From the NCBI RefSeq assembly GCF_000143415.4, contig NW_003314441.1, positions 37,042 through 101,041 on the forward strand: a DNA stretch of 64,000 nt, in the 5' to 3' direction. The notes below the pieces were generated by a model, which did not search any database, had not been told where the DNA came from, and saw only the letters and a program-made list of their open reading frames with translations. Below are positions 60,944-64,000 of the stretch, piece by piece; within the stretch, counting starts at the first letter, position 1, and each line of letters starts with the position of its first letter. This DNA comes from Selaginella moellendorffii (taxonomy: Eukaryota > Plantae > Lycopodiophyta). The position numbers and the translations under genes are program-made.

Positions 60944-62893
60944 TGTAAGCGACTAATTTTTCCATTCTACTTTAGTCACTTAATCACACCTCTGACCACT
61001 TGAAGGAGTCTCTTTCACAACCTCCATAAGTCCTATTTCGGACTTGGGCTTGCTAGCCCCGAGAATAACATCCTTGCCACTCAACCTTTGCACTTGGTCC
61101 AAGTGCTCCACGTGTCCGATCCCATGACCGACACCCCAAGGTACCATTGACATATCAGCCTGCTACGCTAAGGCCATGCCCCTTCACCTTGGTCACACCA
61201 GCGGTCTAACACCACCTGCATCACAGTCCCAGCTCTCAAGGACAGGGCTATCCGTCCATGAGTGATCATTCCAGATCCACTCCTTAGCATCCTTAGGATG
61301 CCCACAAACATGGGGAATAGCCTTCCCCAATGTCCCTTTTCCGGTCCCCACCAAGTCCCTTTCTGCTCATAGCTATGTTTGCCAACACTACCACTGGGTC
61401 GAGGCCCACAGGCCCGACCACCAAGTCCCATGGTCCTCTGGGACTTCCTCCGCACCCAATTGTATCCTTGGTCACTACACCAGAGGATTATTCCTCTTCC
61501 TTTCCACAGTCTGGGCCTTTGGGACAACATTTTGGAACACCGTGGGCCTACACAAGCCCCGTGGGTACTCTCCCCACCTTCTGCCTTTAGGTGCTCTAGC
61601 CATGGGCTTAGAGCAAGGTTTCGTTGAGCCATGCCTGGTATCCAAGTAGGTAGTGCCACCCACACTTGGACTGGGAGCATCGGCCAGTCGACCTCCCTGG
61701 GGAACTAGAGTCGGCTCTTGAACACTTCACCAAGCTACCCCGCTTGTTGGTCTGTATTCACTCTAGTCTTGGACTTCCTAGTGGTTAGTTCATCACCCAA
61801 CATTGGGTCTGGCCTTCTTAGGCCAAACTGGCCTTTTCTGGCCAAACTGACTCCACTACAGTCCTCCCCCTTACTATACTTTTGGAGCTCACTAAACCCC
61901 CCAAGGTCTGGGAGACGAATGCTTTGGGCTTTCACCCTCTCAGACTCGAACTCGAACTCAGACTCGTACTCGGACTCGGACTCGGACTCGGACTTGGGCT
62001 TGGGCTAGGTCTCGGCCTTGGCCTTGGTCTCGGTCTCGGTCCCGGTCTCGGTCTCGGTCCCGGTCTCGGTCTCGGTCCCGGTCTCGGTCTCGGTCTCGGT
62101 CTCAGTCCCAGTCCCAATCTCGGTCTCGGTCTCAGTCTCAACCTCGGACTCCATCTCAGGTCCTTCTCAGACTCCATCTCGGATTCCATCTCGGGTCCAT
62201 CTCAGACTCCATCTCGGACTCCATCTCGGACTCCATCTGGGGTCCATCTCGGACTCCATCTCAGACTCCATCTCAGACTCCATCTCGGACTCTGTCTCGA
62301 ACTCCATCTCGGACTCCATCTGGGGTCCATCTCAGACTCCATCTCGGGTCCATCTCAGACTCCATCTCGGTCCATCTCAGACTCCATCTCGGACTCTGTC
62401 TCGGTCCATCTTGGACTCCATCTCGGACTCCATTTCAGACTCCATCTCGGTCCATCTCGGACTCCATCTCGGACTCAACCTCGGACTCCATCTCGGACTC
62501 TGTCTCGGTCCATCTCGGACTCCATCTCGGACTCCATTTCGGACTCCATCTCGGACTCCACCTTAGACTCCATCTCGGACTCCACCTCGGACTCCATCTC
62601 AGACTCCACCTCGGACTCCATCTCGGACTCCGTCTCGGTCCATCTCGGACTCCATCTCGGACACTTCCATGTGTCATGTGTTGGTCCTTTTGGGTCCCTT
62701 TTTGGAGCCTCGCTTATTGCTCGTTTCGTGCTTGTTCCTCGAGCATTTTGTTGGGAGTTCCACTCCCGCTCTCGACTTTTCAAGTTGGAGCTTTTAGTCC
62801 AAACGTGTTACGCTCATTTGGCTTTCGCTTCAGCCATTACCACATGGCACCCTTCCGGCTCCACTTTGGGGACTAGGGATTTTGTGTCTCACA
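60944..62893 (-). mobile_element. Intact solo LTR (1,950 bp) with 5-bp TSD ACCCA
   Basis: TG...CA ends; ACCCA at 60939-60943 and 62894-62898. The empty-site homologue is at about 55160-55185 in reverse. Confidence 0.92.
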
Positions 62894-64000
62894 ACCCAGA
62901 CACAATTGGGAAGTGTCATAAAGGTAGGCTCGTGGAGCTGATGGTGTGAAGACACCGAATATGCCAAGGCATGATGCCTTGAGGTCAAGTTGGTGAGTTC
63001 ACGAGAACCCCTTCCCAAAGGAATCCTAATGAAAATGGGAATGGCATAGCCTAAGCTGGAAGGCATGCGGTTGGAGTATGGTGACCCAAATAATGATGGA
63101 GGTGTAGAAGCATTAGCAATAAACCATAATAAAAATCAAACCCCAAAAACTCCTAAAAATTAGGGTTTAAATATTTTCTACACTATATTTTAAAAATTAT
63201 AATTATAAATAAATTTTAAGATATTAGTTGTAGAACTTGACAACTATAAGGAAACTAAGAAAAAGGGTGCAAAATAATTGATTAAACTAGTAGAAGGTAA
63301 CTACATAAGACTTCTTGTTGGGATAAGGAAGTTAAACATACCTTTATGAGGGATAAATTGCTTATATTGCAATATAGTAAATCAATGTCGTAAAAGGGAA
63401 TGCTCATTGTCAAAGAAAGCCATCATTGGGACACCCAAACACTCTAAAACACTAGGAAATGGTGTTTGGTATCGTGAAGGCATTAAATAAGGCTCAAGGG
63501 ATTAAGTCCCTAATGAATGATAAATAGGAGATGCTATCCAAATGTCTAAGGTTGCAGAGACAAGACAAGTTTGTCTACCCAAATTGGACAAAGCCAAAAG
63601 AAGAATTTTGGCAAGACTAGTGATAAGCATATAAAGGCCCATAAGAAGCAACATTAATCCCAATATGTGGGATTATAAAGTAAGTATACCTGAATTGAGG
63701 AACCACTCCCTAGGTCATCAGGTAGGTTCATCCCTAATGAATACTTGCTAAGGCATGGTAAAAAGTGCAAAACTATCCTCCTAATCTAGAGAAGAATAAC
63801 TGAAGGAAACGTGTGAGGTCAAAAAACAAGTAGTAAAAGGATAGAACCGAACCATAAGAATCAAAGGGTATAACCAAGAGTGGTTATATGAGTTAAGAGT
63901 GAAGAATCAAGTGGGTGCTCGAACGGGTTATTATTAGCAACCCTAATGCCATGGAGAGTCTAAAATATGGAATTATCCATGTTAAACCATATGGCAATTA

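Noticed and set aside
58539-62949. Long ORFs rich in SISDS, LGLHLG and SPRW
   Set aside because: They are translations of stop-poor minisatellites in several frames.

Overview
Eukaryotic nuclear DNA from a land plant with flagellated sperm and a very compact genome. Introns of about 50-65 nt, a cilia gene (IFT122) and a long PLS-class PPR gene point to a lycophyte such as Selaginella (inference). Bases 1-39,600 hold about 20 tightly packed genes: an unknown helical-repeat protein, IFT122, mitochondrial ACP, a 3'-5' exonuclease-KH protein, EBP2, an STPG/SHIPPO-repeat flagellar protein, a small DEDGD-motif protein, a group-B MAPK, a CLC channel, OS9, PIG-C, an alkaline/neutral invertase, a VQ protein, EXO1, a TSO1/CPP protein, a hidden two-exon CLE-like peptide gene, Gemin2, a GeBP protein and a PPR, plus ABCB pseudogene debris. 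From about 40 kb to the end the window is nested, decayed LTR retroelements. These include Cassandra-type TRIMs whose 194-bp LTRs carry a 5S rRNA domain, and a 1.95-kb LTR family with expandable internal minisatellites. The highlights are the CLE-like micro-gene absent from the ORF track, the 5S-bearing TRIMs inserted without target-site duplications, a CLC with a non-canonical selectivity filter, two very short U12 introns in EXO1, and co-directional gene gaps as short as 48 nt. Exon boundaries were read by eye.
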